62,300 nucleotides of DNA, filler included, from Choristocarpus tenellus KU-1152 (GCA_964200185.2; 12 parts of 12 records of this genome joined end to end with filler, not necessarily neighbours in it), one strand, 5' to 3'. Shown: positions 12,599-25,845, numbered from the whole stretch's first letter. The notes: a model not told the origin generated them from the letters alone. Made by a program: numbers and translations.

Positions 12599-14860
12599 AT
12601 ACAAGTCGTTCTATGGGAAGCCTCCTATGGCGAGGGACCACAAGGAGATCGAATCGGACGCGCACACGTCTGAGATGCTTATCTCGCGCACCAGGCAGAT
12701 TGCGCCCAAGGAGAAGTGGACATCAGAGCTCCAAAGGTTGGTAAATAGTGCAGTTGCAGCGGTTTTTTTTTTCCTATTCCGTATCTCCTGCGCACCCATA
12801 CGTCGCCATGCGCCCCTGCATTGTAAAATACACCGTCAGCGTCTTTTTCTGCACTGCACTTATTGATTATTGCAAAATCGTCCTGAATTCCGGACGTTAT
12901 GTCAATGATGTACGGGCTACCAGGGAAATGGACAGGCTCGCATACGAGAAGTGCGGTATGTACGAGCTCTGGGTCAAGCGCCACTATGAGGAGAGGAAGA
13001 CGGAGGTGGTCCAACTTCTGCAGAAGGTTTCATCTGGCGACCAACAGGCGGGGCCCGTTCGCCAACTGAGGGCAAACATCTCCACAATAGTCGAAATGAA
13101 ACCTCTGCAATGGATCAGAGCCTTGAGTGTGCCTCCTGTGTTCGTAATTACAGCTGAAAGGCCTTGTACCGAAAAAAATAGTTGATGCTTGGTAGGATTG
13201 GTTGTGGGTCTTCTTCATCATCAGTGGCGACAGAGTTGCCTTCCATACTACAAACTTTGCTGTTTGTCAGTTCTAGTCTTTCTTGCTAATAGCGGGAATA
13301 GCAAATCGTTTTCTTTAACTGTAGACAACGATCTTGGTCAATCTCCACCTCATTTCTAAGTGAAACTATCTTAGAGGGTAGGAATTTTTCCCTGTTTCTC
13401 CATTTGTGGGGCTTGGCTTCCCATGGGTTTTCTTATGACATTTTCCGACTCCAAAATGTTTTGGAGTAGGTAAAATGTNNNNNNNNNNACATCAAAATCA
13501 CAACATTGTCTATTGACCCCCAATAGGACGAGGCTCTACCCTCTAAGATACTTTGGCTCTTCTGGCTCCAATACGCGTCACTGAAAAAAACTACATACTG
13601 ATTGGCGTCCTTGACATTGACTTGTTTCAAATTATTTCACCCCACAAGCCGTCTCCATTAAACACGTTCACCACGTCAACCATATCATTTGCTCTGCCCG
13701 ATTGACATGCTATCGTATTTCCATTACACTCTCCCATTTTTGACGTCACCACCGTCCCCTCCTCTCCTCAACGACGTCCTCTGCCGTCTCCACTACTAGA
13801 TTATCGAGAAGGACTTGGCTCTATGTGCTTACCTCACCACCTGGGATGGTAAATACCAGGATGTACTCAACCAGGTCAACCTCCACCAGGTTCACAGCGG
13901 GCAGGGCTGTGATGGCGGCGGCGCAGAAGTTGAGAGCAGCAAGAACGGATCGGCATCAGATGACCGTGAGAAAGAAGACGAGGGAGGGTGCGAATACCAA
14001 AGAGGGAATGGAGACGAGGGAGGGGACGAAAAGAAAGGAGGGGACGAAGACAAGGGACGGAACGGACTGCCAGACAGAGAGGAGGTTCTGTCGGCAGTGT
14101 TCCTGGTGCGGAAGAAGAACAAAACGAAGAGGGAGAGTGGAACGCGGGCGTTTGCTGTACTGAATGCAATCCTCCACCTATGTCTCGGTGAGTAATGTAG
14201 TCGTAACGGTGCACGTGTAGGGTGGAGTGTAATTAATAGTGTAAGATTGGTTTCCATCCAATCCCTCGAACGGAGAGATACGTTGTATCTTTTCAGCGGC
14301 ACATGCCATTGAATCCATGGTATATTGCGGGGTCCCTCTATGTGCGGCGCTGCAGTCGCTACCCCCACGTCTCTTTATTTGCCACAGCCCGATTGTGTGT
14401 TAATGCATGTACATAACCGACTGTTGTATCTCACCTGTACTACTTCATATTGTTTTGTTTTGCGCCGCAAATTTCGTGGTCCTTCGTAGCCGTGGATCCC
14501 CGCGTTGCGTTGTGTAGCCCAATTAATGATTTTGAAAAATAACATCATGTCTGTTTGACGCTCTCGTTCGATGCCACGAGCGACAGGTATTCATGCCCAA
14601 AGTGCTCCATCACGCACATGGGCGAATGTGCCTACATGGAGATTGTGGGCAACGAGAGGCACAAGGATCGATTATGTATCAATTGCCCCATGGCACAGGA
14701 GGGCAGTGAAGGGTCTGGATCGGTGGGGAATGAAGCGGCGGGTCAGGGCAGGGGCAAGGGCAAGGGTAAGGCTCGCGCAAGGAGCACGGGCGGGTCACCC
14801 ATGATGCAAAGCCTTTTACGTCCCCTCTCACGCAGCAAAACGGCCGACATGGAGAAGTGA
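12599..14860 (+). CDS. Multi-exon gene of unknown function with a C-terminal PHD-like Cys/His finger (partial, possibly degenerate)
   Basis: CpG-rich exon-like blocks at ~12599-12736, ~12862-13026, 13800-14187, ~14297-14368 and 14587-14860. The last two give YCGVPLC...YSCPKCSITHMGEC...LCINCP (C4HC3-like). Some splice junctions are unresolved. Confidence 0.45.
13358..13559 (-). mobile_element. MITE family A (small internal N gap)
   Basis: Both TIRs present; perfect 4-bp TSD TTCT. Confidence 0.9.
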
Positions 14861-15109
14861 ATGTGGGTCTCGGCGTGGTTGCACATTATACAGACACACA
14901 AGTCGTCTCTGCGTGTTTGGTTTCGCGTTGGTTTGCACATAGGTCTTAGCTGCTTGTACATCATGTGGATTGCTCGTCCTTTGTACCTTGGATGTGTCGC
15001 TTTTTTGGAGGGTTCCATGGGCCATGGAACTTAGTGTTTTGACGTCTACCCTCCTTCCACGAGATGTATCTGATGAGTCTGGCGTTGTGGAGGGTACGGC
15101 CTGACATTT

Positions 15110-15366
15110 GAGCCAAAGTATCTTAGAGGGTAGCGCCGCTTCCATTTGGGGGCCAAAATCCAATGTTGCGATTTTGATGAAATTTTGGCTATCGTGTTTG
15201 TTAGGAAGTGTCAATATCTTTGTTCTCGACGCACCTTTTTACAACGTACACATTTTACCTATTCCGAAATTTTTCCGAGTAGGTAATGTCTTAAAATACC
15301 CTGAGGGAAGCCAAGCCCCAAATGGACAAACAGGGCAAAACTCGTACCCTTAAGATACTTTCACTC
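15110..15366 (+). mobile_element. MITE family A
   Basis: Both TIRs present; flanks ATTT/CTTT (one mismatch). Confidence 0.9.
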
Positions 15367-15549
15367 CTTTTGGAGATGCCGTGGAAATATTGTCAGGAAC
15401 TCACTTAATGAAAAGATTGCCTGCACCATAGCTTACTATGCCGTCCTTCTTGTCGTGCTGTCTGTCTACTGTGTCGTGTGTCATGATGTCCAAGCAGGAG
15501 TGAGAACACTGCACTAAACGACCTTCGCCCTCTCGACCCCACGGTATCC

Positions 15550-16650
15550 TTAGACAAACTTGGTGATTTCGCCTTCCCCAACGCGCCAAAGCTCGCCATA
15601 GTGTCCACTGCCGCCGAGCCAAGACTCCTCATCGACGAAGAGGCGACCAACACACACCTGTGCGAGGTACTTCAGTGCTTGCAGCATAAGATGCATCCTC
15701 AGGGCACCATCGCGCTCGTTGTGCCCCACCTGTGGAAGGTTCAATTACACCGCCTAGTAGGTGAGTTGCAGAGTTAGCAAGCGCTGGAATACGGGGTATA
15801 TTGCGGGAGACCGATGCGATCCGGGTGGCCGTTATCATTCCGTCCGTGTGCCGATCGAATATTGTGCGACCGTTCAGGAGATGCGGATTAGGTCGTGTAT
15901 ATTCCTTTTTCACTTTCCCCATGTTGTTTCATGTCCTTCGTACCTTCTACTTCCTTTTATGTCGCTTGCTCTTCCCCCCCGTCAACTATGTACTTCTTTG
16001 TTTCATTGTCCGCGAATCGCATGCTGGCGTTACTCGTCTTCACCACATTTTTTTGCCATATTTACTCCTATTATTACTTAATTTCCTACTGTTTGCAATT
16101 TTTGCATTGGTTATTTGCCTTGCGTTCCACACTCATTGTACTATTATATTGTTAGTGGTATCAGATTTCATGAATCCTTACAATAGCTACTTGTGTGATG
16201 TCACTGTCAAGTTTGACGCATGCCGGACCCACACGCTCGCTCCCGCCTTCTCTTCATTCAGAGGCTCTTACTGCGTCGAAGGTGGGCTTGATTGTGGAGG
16301 ATCATCCCCTAACCTTAATATACAAGACGAGGAGGGGAGGGCGCCCTCAATTAGGCACAGATAACCATCTCAGATGTTGTCAGGACATGATCCTTCTCGC
16401 GTACAACGATGGGACAATGATCACATGCAATAAGCGAGTCACCGTCGACGACATCTTTGGCCACGGGCGTGATGCATCTCCTCCGATACTCCAATCCATG
16501 TTGGACGTCGAATACGAAGGTGCTGCAACGGACATCCCCATGAGGGCCCTCCACTTCCTCGTTAACAGGTTCGTTAATAACGTCACACACATCCTTCTTC
16601 ACAGAAGCAGCGATTTTTTTTTGTATAGGTGTAGGACATCGTTAAACAGT
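15550..16650 (-). pseudogene. Exon-like, CpG-rich coding remnants of an unknown gene convergent with 12599-14860
   Basis: cag|VGHNERDGALRMHLMLQALKYLAQ...ITKFV* at ~15550-15729, plus an interrupted frame at ~16165-16600 (SLIACDHCP). No family recognised. Confidence 0.3.
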
Positions 16651-17130
16651 NNNNNNNNNNNNNNNNNNNNNNNNNNNNNNNNNNNNNNNNNNNNTTAATT
16701 AATTAANNNNNNNNNNNNNNNNNNNNNNNNNNNNNNNNNNNNNNNNNNNNCCCCCCACCAAGGTATACAACACAACTAACAGTGTCATCATCGGAGGATA
16801 GGTCTCGTTTAGACGTCATGGTCAATTAACCGTAATTTCCAGTCACTTTTGGCCGAGTTTGACGTTTCTGCTAAATCTTCCATTTCAAAAAAAAATAAAA
16901 TGTTTGTGTTCATGGGCTGATTTCTCAACCATTTCGAAATGAATAAAAACTATTTTGAAGGTATCAAGGTATCAATGTGCAAGCTGAAGCTGTTGACTTT
17001 CGAACGATATTATTTTTTATTTCTGAATATCACATTTGAAAAAGTTATTAACAAAAAACCATAACAGTCCAGACTTACGGGATAAAAGAGAATATACATG
17101 TATGTATATATATCTATATCTATATCTCAC

Positions 17131-17501
17131 TTGAGGTACAGGTCCACCAGGCTGTCATTAAGAAACTCCCCCTCCTGAGTCCGTAAGAGATCCATCTCCG
17201 TCACACTGATTCGATCCAACGCAGTCATGGAAGGTGGGTATTGGAACAACATTGTACCGCTGCCACTCCCCAACCCCACCCCCATCCCCAACCTCTCCCG
17301 CAAGTTCCTGGAACTTTCTCGTGTCAGCCTGCGGGTACTTTGCCGCCTGCACGAGAGTGTGTTGTATGTTGTGTTGTGTTATGTGTGTGTTGTGTGTTTT
17401 TTCTGTGTACAAGGCTCGTGCTTGTATGTCATATGCTCTGTTTACCAAGAGGTCTAAACCAGAAAAAGAAGCACTACAAGAAAAAATAATGATTATAATA
17501 A

Positions 17502-17533
<32 letters not shown>

Positions 17534-19730
17534 ATAATAATGATAATAGCAGCAATACTATACTGTTAATAATAATAATAATAATAATAGCTCCCACAGG
17601 GGCGACTCAGATCAAGATTTGAGTATGAATCCTTTCTATCGGGTATTCACATATAAATATAAATATGACAGACTGTTCTTAGAAACAAGAACAAAGAACA
17701 TTTTATCTTCTTTTCTTATTTCACCAAAAATAAAAAAAAGCAAAATAAGCGATACAAAAAAAAAAAAGCCGAAGGAGCTCTCTCAGTTGCACATGCTTCG
17801 CCCAGAGGCGTTCATCATGGTTGGCAGCTGAAAACACTCCAGGACAATACATACAACACACAGGGAAGACAATACAACAACTTAATTCTCTATGCTGGAC
17901 CATGTATGTGTATCTCATATTTCATTTTCACTGACTTGCTGGCGTCAAAGTTGAAAAATAAAAACGAAACACGCACACTCACACACACACATGTAAGGAG
18001 ATTGTATGTTTTAAAACAAAGCATTCGATTCTAAGAACAAATAAAAAACATACTCTAAGCGAGAGAATGGGTTGGTAGTTTGATAGCTACAAATTTAGTC
18101 CAATGGGTGAGATGAAATGAATTAATTTCGCTTCAAGCAAAGAGACACCCGACAGGTATAGGTTAGGTGCCCGTTCCAAAAAATAAATGAGAAATATAAA
18201 TATAAATATATCTCTATATATCTATATCTATGTATCTACACATTTAAACCTTAGTCAGAAAGAGGAAAAATACAAAAGCAGGAGCATTTTTTTTTAACCA
18301 TGAAAAGAAAAAAGAAAAAAAGAGACAGATGGTTAAATACTCACTTAAGAAAGAAATGAAAATAAAAACAGATGGCTAAACTACCAGTAGTATCAAGAAG
18401 GGAATAACATGTGTTAAAAGAAGTTAAGAATATTCTTTTTATTCCCTTGTAAAAGAAGATTTAGTAGGATAAATAATCAGTTGTTGAATTATGTTTTGAT
18501 AACGGGATAATTGATAGGAAAGTTTTCCTGTTGAGTAATCATATCGCTAATGTACCACGTGCGTTCAGTGATTGTAGTAGGCACTCTCACAGGACTGTGA
18601 CGCACGAGAAGCCTGCAAACGCCATACTTCTGACAAAAACCTCACGTATCACATACACTTGGACACGCACTAAGATGATGGAAACCCCACCGTTCAAGAA
18701 TGGAAGGCGGTTCTCTCTGTGTGATTTGTATCGTGCATGTATGGAGAGGATACAGACCCTAAACCGCTAATCTTACCTTGAAGATGTACACACACGCATA
18801 CTTCTTTTTTTAATGTATGAACACAACCTGATTTTACGGATGTAATATGATTGGGGTATGTGCTAGGTGTAACCCCTCATACTCTACACTTAGCACGCCT
18901 CGGACAAAGTAACGCCTTCACAATATCATGTCATTAATACACCAGCACCTTGTGGTGATTACACTTTGTTACATGTTGTGTACATCATGTAACAGAGTGT
19001 TACGGGCGCTGCACATTGTTATTATTATTTATTAAAGTCTTCATCTCCAGTGCTATGGGTGTAACATTTGTGTTGAGTGTTTTGGACATACCTGTGGAGT
19101 GTTATGGTGTAACATTCATGTTAAGTGATATGGGCATAACATACGGGTCGGGCGCTATGGGCATAACATATGGGTTGAGTGTTATGTTGTCAGAGGCTAA
19201 TAGATCTGACTAATGGAAATGAAACAAACCACGCTGATGGAATGCCCACAGAAAAAAAAGCAAGACCCCTATTAATTCAATGCTACAACTATTGTTATTT
19301 TGAAAGATTAATAATTAATACGCTTTCACACAATTACAAAAAAAAGGCAACCACCCAAACAACCCTAACCCTAACCCCATATTTCGAGAAAAGGTCAGAA
19401 AAATGAAAAAAAATCAGTAAAAACAGAAGGAAAAAAATATACACTTCGCATGTACCTGCAACACAACACCAAAAATAAAGGCATATTAAAAAAAAAACAC
19501 TTGCATGTACATATTCTTTTCAGAAGCATAAAAAAAAATGACAGATGGGAAAAGAACAGTCGATTTTTCTATCCAGAACCTCAAGTCAGCAATGTACAGA
19601 ATACAACAACCACCTCAAAACAGAAAAAAATACGAAGACCTTACCCGTACACAATATAAACTCAGTAGCAAAGCCCACCCTGTTCTCTTCCTTACTACGC
19701 GTTGCTTCTCTCTCTCCTCCTCCCCCCCCC
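17131..19730 (-). CDS. Ulp1/SENP-family SUMO protease (peptidase C48), internal exons
   Basis: Exon 17131-17346 (cag|...|gtgag) reads ...LFQYPPSMTALDRISVTEMDLLRTQEGEFLNDSLVDLYLK, the start of the C48 domain in SENP6/7/Ulp2-like proteins. Phase-compatible candidate upstream exons at ~17770-17827 and ~19645-19730 are less certain. Confidence 0.75.
19049..19187. repeat. Degenerate ~27-bp tandem repeat (AGTGYTATGGGYRTAACAT...)
   Basis: About five diverged units visible. Confidence 0.6.
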
Positions 19731-19830
19731 NNNNNNNNNNNNNNNNNNNNNNNNNNNNNNNNNNNNNNNNNNNNTTAATTAATTAANNNNNNNNNNNNNN
19801 NNNNNNNNNNNNNNNNNNNNNNNNNNNNNN

Positions 19831-19929
19831 GAATGAGAACAATCTAAATCCCTTATCGAGGATCAATTAGAGGGCAAGCCTGGTGCCAGCAGCCACAGTA
19901 ATTCCAGCCCAAATAGCGTATATTAATGT
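19831..19929 (+). rRNA. Degenerate 18S rRNA fragment (pseudogene; 530-loop/V3-V4 boundary region)
   Basis: GAATGAGAACAATCTAAATCCCTTATCGAGGATCAATTAGAGGGCAAGCCTGGTGCCAGCAGCCACAGTAATTCCAGCCCAAATAGCGTATATTAATGT matches eukaryotic 18S, with substitutions in the universal GCCAGCAGCCGCGGTAA. Similarity stops abruptly at an AT-rich repeat. Confidence 0.9.
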
Positions 19930-20840
19930 AATATTGTATGTATGAGAATAAAGATATTAATATTTTTTAAATAATTTTTCCCTTGTAACATTGTATGTGT
20001 GGGATTAGAGATAAATGTTACTCGATCATTTTTTATAATTCCTCCCTTGTAATATTGTATGTATGGGATTAAAGGTGAATGTTCTCCTTACCTACAAGTA
20101 CCGCTCATTATGTGGGAACTCATTATATATAGGGCACAGCTCAGACCGGTAGGCTTTTTTCTGTTGAGGTCATTTTATTCTTTCCTACAACAATGCCTCA
20201 ACTGACCAAATTTGTCAACCGCCAGAGTGATAGGATAGGACAGGCTGATGGACCAAGCGCCCTTTGGTATCAACTACTATCACTATTGCTCTTGGCCCAT
20301 AACCCTCAATGAAGGTCCCTACTCAATCTCCGCACTAGCCCTCCAACCGATAGTCTACAGGGTATTAATAACATGGCTTGTAACTCGGAATACATACACT
20401 TATTCAGAGTCCTGCTTAATCGATTAGTCTTAGTTTTTGCTGCTACCGTCTCAAACTTGGATTTTCCTTGGCATGAATGATGAAATTGACACATTAGTCA
20501 CCTTGTAGGGTGGTAGCTGGGTTGATAACCATGAACGTCGTATTTGGGGATCGGTTGAATATCGTAGAATATGTCGTAGAATGTGTTGTTCTTCTGACAA
20601 ACGTTACCTCATTGGCATCCATGGTGGAATTGACGGGGTAGGGCAAATCGTAGAATGCCAACTAGTTGGATAATCTGTGATTGTCATATTGGAGGGACTC
20701 AGCGGAAAAATAAGGGTTGGTATCATAGGGATATGTACATATGGTCGTTACTGTGCTAAGTAAGCAGTAGTAGTCTGTTGATGCTCTCATCACAATCACG
20801 GTTCCACAATTTTGAGAGAATTTTGTATCACTCAGGTATT

Positions 20841-21017
20841 GGCTTAAAGTATCTGGGGGGGGGTGGAGGCTGTCCATTTGGGGTCATTTTTTTCATATCG
20901 CGATTTTTGGGTGATTTGGTTGTATACGTCGGATGGATAATGCGAATGCACTTTTCCATATTTTGTCCCAAATGGACACCCTGGTGTAGACCCCTCCCCC
21001 CCCCAGATACTTAAGGT
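20841..21017 (-). mobile_element. MITE family B
   Basis: GGCTTAAAGTATCTG(n) ... C(n)AGATACTTAAGG. Confidence 0.85.
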
Positions 21018-22152
21018 AATTCATTGACTGTAAATGATATCACTGTACTACCAAGATACCACAAGTACTTTTGAGATAAATCAGGGGTTGCCATTGCCAT
21101 GTGATAATCGGTAGGTAGAGTACATGCATACCTTATGCCACAGACTTTTTGTGCTTCAATATTTCCTAGAAAAAAAGCATGATGACAGTCCAGGTGTGCC
21201 GGGGGTCATGGAAACTTGAAGTATTTGGTGATATTTTGACCAGTTGTGGTTGGACTGTTAGAAGTTGTCCACAGAGATATCAAGTAAGTTACGTATCTCA
21301 CTGGTTGAAAATTACAACCTGAACTTCCATTTCCACAGCAACTCAAAGGTCACCATGCATGGCCGTGGTAATAATGTGAAGGAGAGTATATGTATACCAA
21401 ACGTCGCAACCCCTGCTTGGAGTAGCCCCCTAGGGACAAGACACTAACCGAATATTCAAATTGCAGGGGTACACCACACATGAACACTTTAAGCATCTGA
21501 TTGATACCTGACTAGTTGTGGTGGAGCTATGGGGTTGAGGGCACATGTATGCCAACTACATCTAGACCTAACTGATCCCGTTGAGAAGGTATAACCTGAC
21601 ATATTTCCCCAAAACACTTCCACTTAAAGGCTGTGCCAATGTTGAAACTATAAGCTATCCATGCGATTCATTCTGGTTTCGGCAGAGAATAGATCAAAAG
21701 ATCTGTTGGAGGTGCAAACAGGACAGTTTAGAATTGTGGATAGATGTGGGACAACTAGGAGAGTTCTCAACAAGGCAAAGGGGAGGGAAGGTATGTAGGA
21801 AATTGTAGCATACTACGGGATGCAGTGGAGTCCTAGCCTTTCAGAGTGAGAGAGAATCAATAAATCACTCACAGGGAGATATTCTAGGGCTTGGGGTCTA
21901 ACAGGGAGAGTATAAAGAAAATAGGGTGGGGGGTAGAGGGTAGGTTGGGGAATGAGAACAATAGTGGTGCAAGTTCATTAGGAAGGGGTAGAAATGTGGA
22001 AGGTAACAGAGGATGTACTACAGAGAAGGGTGTGGGTTTCTCCCAACAACACGGCACACAAGATATCAAGATGAAGGTGGTGACCATTAGGTGGTGTTCA
22101 TGAACCCTTCCTAGGTGAGAAAAATCATTACCCCATATGCCAGAACGACAGT

Positions 22153-22364
22153 GAACCAAAGTAGACGAGAGGTACCCAGGCAGGTTTTGCCCGTTTTGCA
22201 TTGTAATCCATTTTTTCGATCTTTTGCAATTCACCATTATTTCTACGGATGAAGTACTAACATTGGCTTGAGGCCGTTGGTTTCTGTATTACATACACAC
22301 ACACACGCTCATTCGTCGGCATCCCTAAAATGCAACAGTGGGTACATCTCGTTTACTTTGACTC
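22153..22364 (+). mobile_element. MITE family C (internally shortened)
   Basis: GAACCAAAGTAGACGAGAGGTACCC ... GGGTACATCTCGTTTACTTTGACTC. Confidence 0.8.
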
Positions 22365-22688
22365 AGTGAGGGCCAAAACGTGAGAATTATGATACTGACA
22401 GCAAAAATGCCCACTCCCCCAAGTGCCTGCTCCTCTGATTCTACCACAAGTCTAACGGATTACCTCGGCTGCGGAATTAGTCATCTGTGAATGCCAAGAT
22501 CCTGATCGTTCCAATTCACCCCTCAGCCTTTGTAGATTGTGCGGACGGGCTTGCATTTCCGTGATCCACGCTAAGGCAAAACCCACAGAACCCAAACTGT
22601 TATACCCCTGTGCGGGATAAGTTGAATCTACTGAGCAGCGTTGAGTAGCGGCTAACCCCTTGTAGCCCCGAGAGCAATGTTCAAGGCT

Positions 22689-22946
22689 GAGTGAAAGTAT
22701 CTTAGAGGGTACGCGTATTGCCCTCTTTGTCCATTTGGGGCTTGGCTTCCCATGATTTTTTTTAGGACACTTTCCTACTCCAAAACGTTTCGGAATAGGT
22801 AAAATGCATACGTTATGAAAAGGTGTCTGGAACAAGGATATTGGCACTTCCTAACAAACACGATAGACAAAAATTATATCAAAATCCCAACATTGGATTT
22901 TGCCCCCCAAATGGACGCGGCTATACCCTCTAAGGTACTTTAACTC
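22689..22946 (-). mobile_element. MITE family A
   Basis: Both TIRs present; perfect TSD GGCT. Confidence 0.92.
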
Positions 22947-24502
22947 GGCTACTTGATGTAAGAACCCGTTCCTTTCTCTCGTGCCATCCAGTTGGGAGCA
23001 CGTCATGCCTCATCGGGTAACCCAAGACAAACAGCTCAACTTCCACTACAACTAAATGTGCAACCCCAAGGACTCCCCTGAAGACGAAAATCATACCTAT
23101 GGAACACCACGATCCTGTTCTTTCAAGTGCACCATATAACACTGGTAGACGCCATATATGAAGGACCATAGACCTTGGTGGGCCGCTAACTAATTACAAT
23201 TTCTGGGATTCCACCAAGAAACAGGAGGTTGGCGGAGGGGTATGTCACTATGTAGTCATCTTGAACAGTAAAACATATTTCAAGTATGTTCTAAACAGTT
23301 TCATTGTTAGTCATACTATACAACCAACTAAAATCGCAACCCTATTCAAAACGCTGGCGTCAATAGATTGTGAGGACCTTACTAGCTATGCGATGAAGAG
23401 TGTGATACAAAACGAAATTTCACCTCTCAAAGATTTGAAAAAACTACCTAGAAACGAAGTTCTGACGCTACAACAAGTCACTAGTAGATCCTTTCATAAT
23501 AGCTACTTAACCCTTGTAAGATGTTTTACCACTAAGTTTTGTCATCAAGATTTGAACATGCATTCTTCAATTCAAGGGTGCCAAATATGTCAAACAAACA
23601 TTTGGTGGGAAGTGGGAAAGTAGAAGCACCACCAGTGATTGATGGTCCACAAGTTGGCACCAAGCAATATTCTCACCCCTATATTTGTGCTCTGAACTAG
23701 AGTTGCAGCATTCTCCCCAGAATTGAAAAGGTATTACCTTTTTCCATGCTGCTGATAAAATTAGCTCTCTCCATTTCAAATCCCTCTGCGGAAGGGCGGG
23801 ACAAAATAAAATCTTAATGGACCAGGCAATTGACATGTCCACCTTTGGCCTTAAGGTCGCCAAGCAGACCGTGTTGAAACAGTTGATGGCCATGGACTCA
23901 GTCATGTTCGAATTTAGTTGTGGAGGGTCGGCAGGTAGCCCCAGTCAAGTTGTTAGTAGTGATGGATGGCTATATATTCAGCCCTGCCCAGGTAGCGACC
24001 CTGGTCATGTTGAAGCAGGGGTGGCGATGGACTGAGTCATGTTCGAACATTTTATTGACCATCTGGTCAGCTACATCATGGCCATGGCTCCCCATCACCA
24101 TTCACTACACTTGTATCTTCTATACTATACTACTACTGGAAATATTAGATGTATGACACAATAGTAGGCTCCTTCTATTGCAATATGCTTCTACATTGAT
24201 ATTATATTAGTATTATTGATATAATATTTTACGCTATTGACTAGTTAGTATTAGTACATAATCCAATTCATAAATAGTGATGTTAAATTATTTCCACGTA
24301 TACATGCCTTTTGGCATTCTCATTCCACCTTTATATGGATAGGTTGATTTTGAACCAAGATAGTCCAGAGAATTAAGAAATGTACATACAACTTAACCTT
24401 TGACACTTGCACGCAATTTTCATCTTTTGCACAGAGTGGCAAAACGCATTTGACAGCTAGACTAGTATAACACGTATTGGACATGGTCCACACACGACAA
24501 AA

Positions 24503-25021
24503 GAATCAAAGTATCTTAGAGGGTAGAGCTGCGTCCATTTGGGGGGCAAAATCCAGTGTTGCGATTTTGATGTAATTTTGGCTATCATGTTTATTAGGAA
24601 GTGTCAATATCCTTGTTCCAGACACACTTTTTTTAAAGTGTACATTTTACCTACTCTAAAACATTTCGGAGTAGAAAAGAGTCAAAGTATCTTAGAGGGT
24701 AGGACTGCATCCATTTGGGGTCCAAAATCCAATGGTGCGATTTTGATGTAATTTTGGCCATCGTATTTGTTAGGATGTGTCAATATCCTTCTTCTGGACA
24801 CACCTTTTCATAACGTATACACTTTACCTACTCCAAAATACTTTGGAATAGGAAAATGTCATAAAAGAACCCGTGAGGAGCCAAGCCCCAAATGGACAAA
24901 CAGGGCAAAACTCATATCCTCTAGGATACTTTCACTCAAAATGTCATGAACAACCCGTGGGAAGCCAAGCCCCATACGGACAAACAGGGCAAACCTTGTA
25001 CCCTCTAAGATACTTTCACTC
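24503..25021 (+). mobile_element. MITE family A with a second family A copy nested at 24679-24937
   Basis: The inner copy has both TIRs and an AAAA TSD; the outer element resumes at ...AAAATGTCATGAAC and ends in its own TIR at 25021. Confidence 0.9.
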
Positions 25022-25318
25022 AATTTTTAAAAGCGTCAGGTTGGCCTGCAGACATGGTCCATACATGTCCAATAATGTTGCACCCTGTCCACCCAGCCAA
25101 CACAGACTGGTACAATACTGAGAGGACATGGTCCAGACATGTTGCAGAATGTTAGACCTAGTCTGACCAGTGGATATGGGCATATGAGATCATTGTGGGA
25201 CCAGTCTGGCCAGCAGACGGAACCATTTGAATTCGCCAGCCTGGTGAAATGCCCAGAGATAAAGATACCCTCTTTGGATATGCCAGGTCATCAATTTCCC
25301 CCAGAAAATGGGGATTGC

Positions 25319-25575
25319 GACCCAAAGCATTTAAAAGGGTAGGGTCACGTGCGATTGGGGTTATAAATCCAATGTTGCGATTTTGATGAGTTTGGGCTAT
25401 CGTGTTTGTTAGCAATTTTCAATATCCTTGCTCCAGACACACCTTTCATGGTTGTATACATTTCGGGTAACTGTGTTCACACAGAAAACTGGAGAAGGGC
25501 ATAAAAAAACCGTGGGAAGCCAAGCCCCGAATAGACAAACAGGGCAAACTCCTACCCTCTTTAATGCCTTGGGTC
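25319..25575 (+). mobile_element. Diverged family A-related MITE (GACCCAA termini)
   Basis: Interior matches family A; TIRs GACCCAAAGCATTTAAAAGGGTAG ... CTACCCTCTTTAATGCCTTGGGTC. Confidence 0.75.
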
Positions 25576-25619
25576 TGATACAGAACAGCCTAGAGGAAGC
25601 AAGGGAGAAAGTATAGAAA

Positions 25620-25845
25620 GTAGGTGGGGCTGCACTTTAATGATCCTGAGAAAGGGCAAAATACTCAATTTTGTTCAATGGCAGATAGAGCCTTTGCTTG
25701 ATTGCGGCGCCTCCTTAGGTGTGGAAAGGGGGACTAGCAATTTTGCGTACACTATTGTGCATATAAAGCAATGAAATAAAGTGTATTGCACAGGGTGAAG
25801 AAGACAGCTTTAAATGCAAAAGGGTCCAAACCTTGGTTTGGATCA
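25620..25845 (-). mobile_element. Degenerate MITE family D copy
   Basis: Reverse-complement similarity to 38332-38590 (TGCAAAAGGGT.CAAA, GTATTGCA.AGGGT, GATCC..AGAAAG blocks). Confidence 0.55.

Noticed and set aside
15801-16364. Long hydrophobic ORFs (also 17234-17569, 32930-33265, 35348-35848)
   Set aside because: They arise from T-rich intronic sequence or microsatellites; no domain signal.
19831-19929. Functional rDNA unit
   Set aside because: Only ~100 nt, mutated at universally conserved positions and joined to unrelated sequence.
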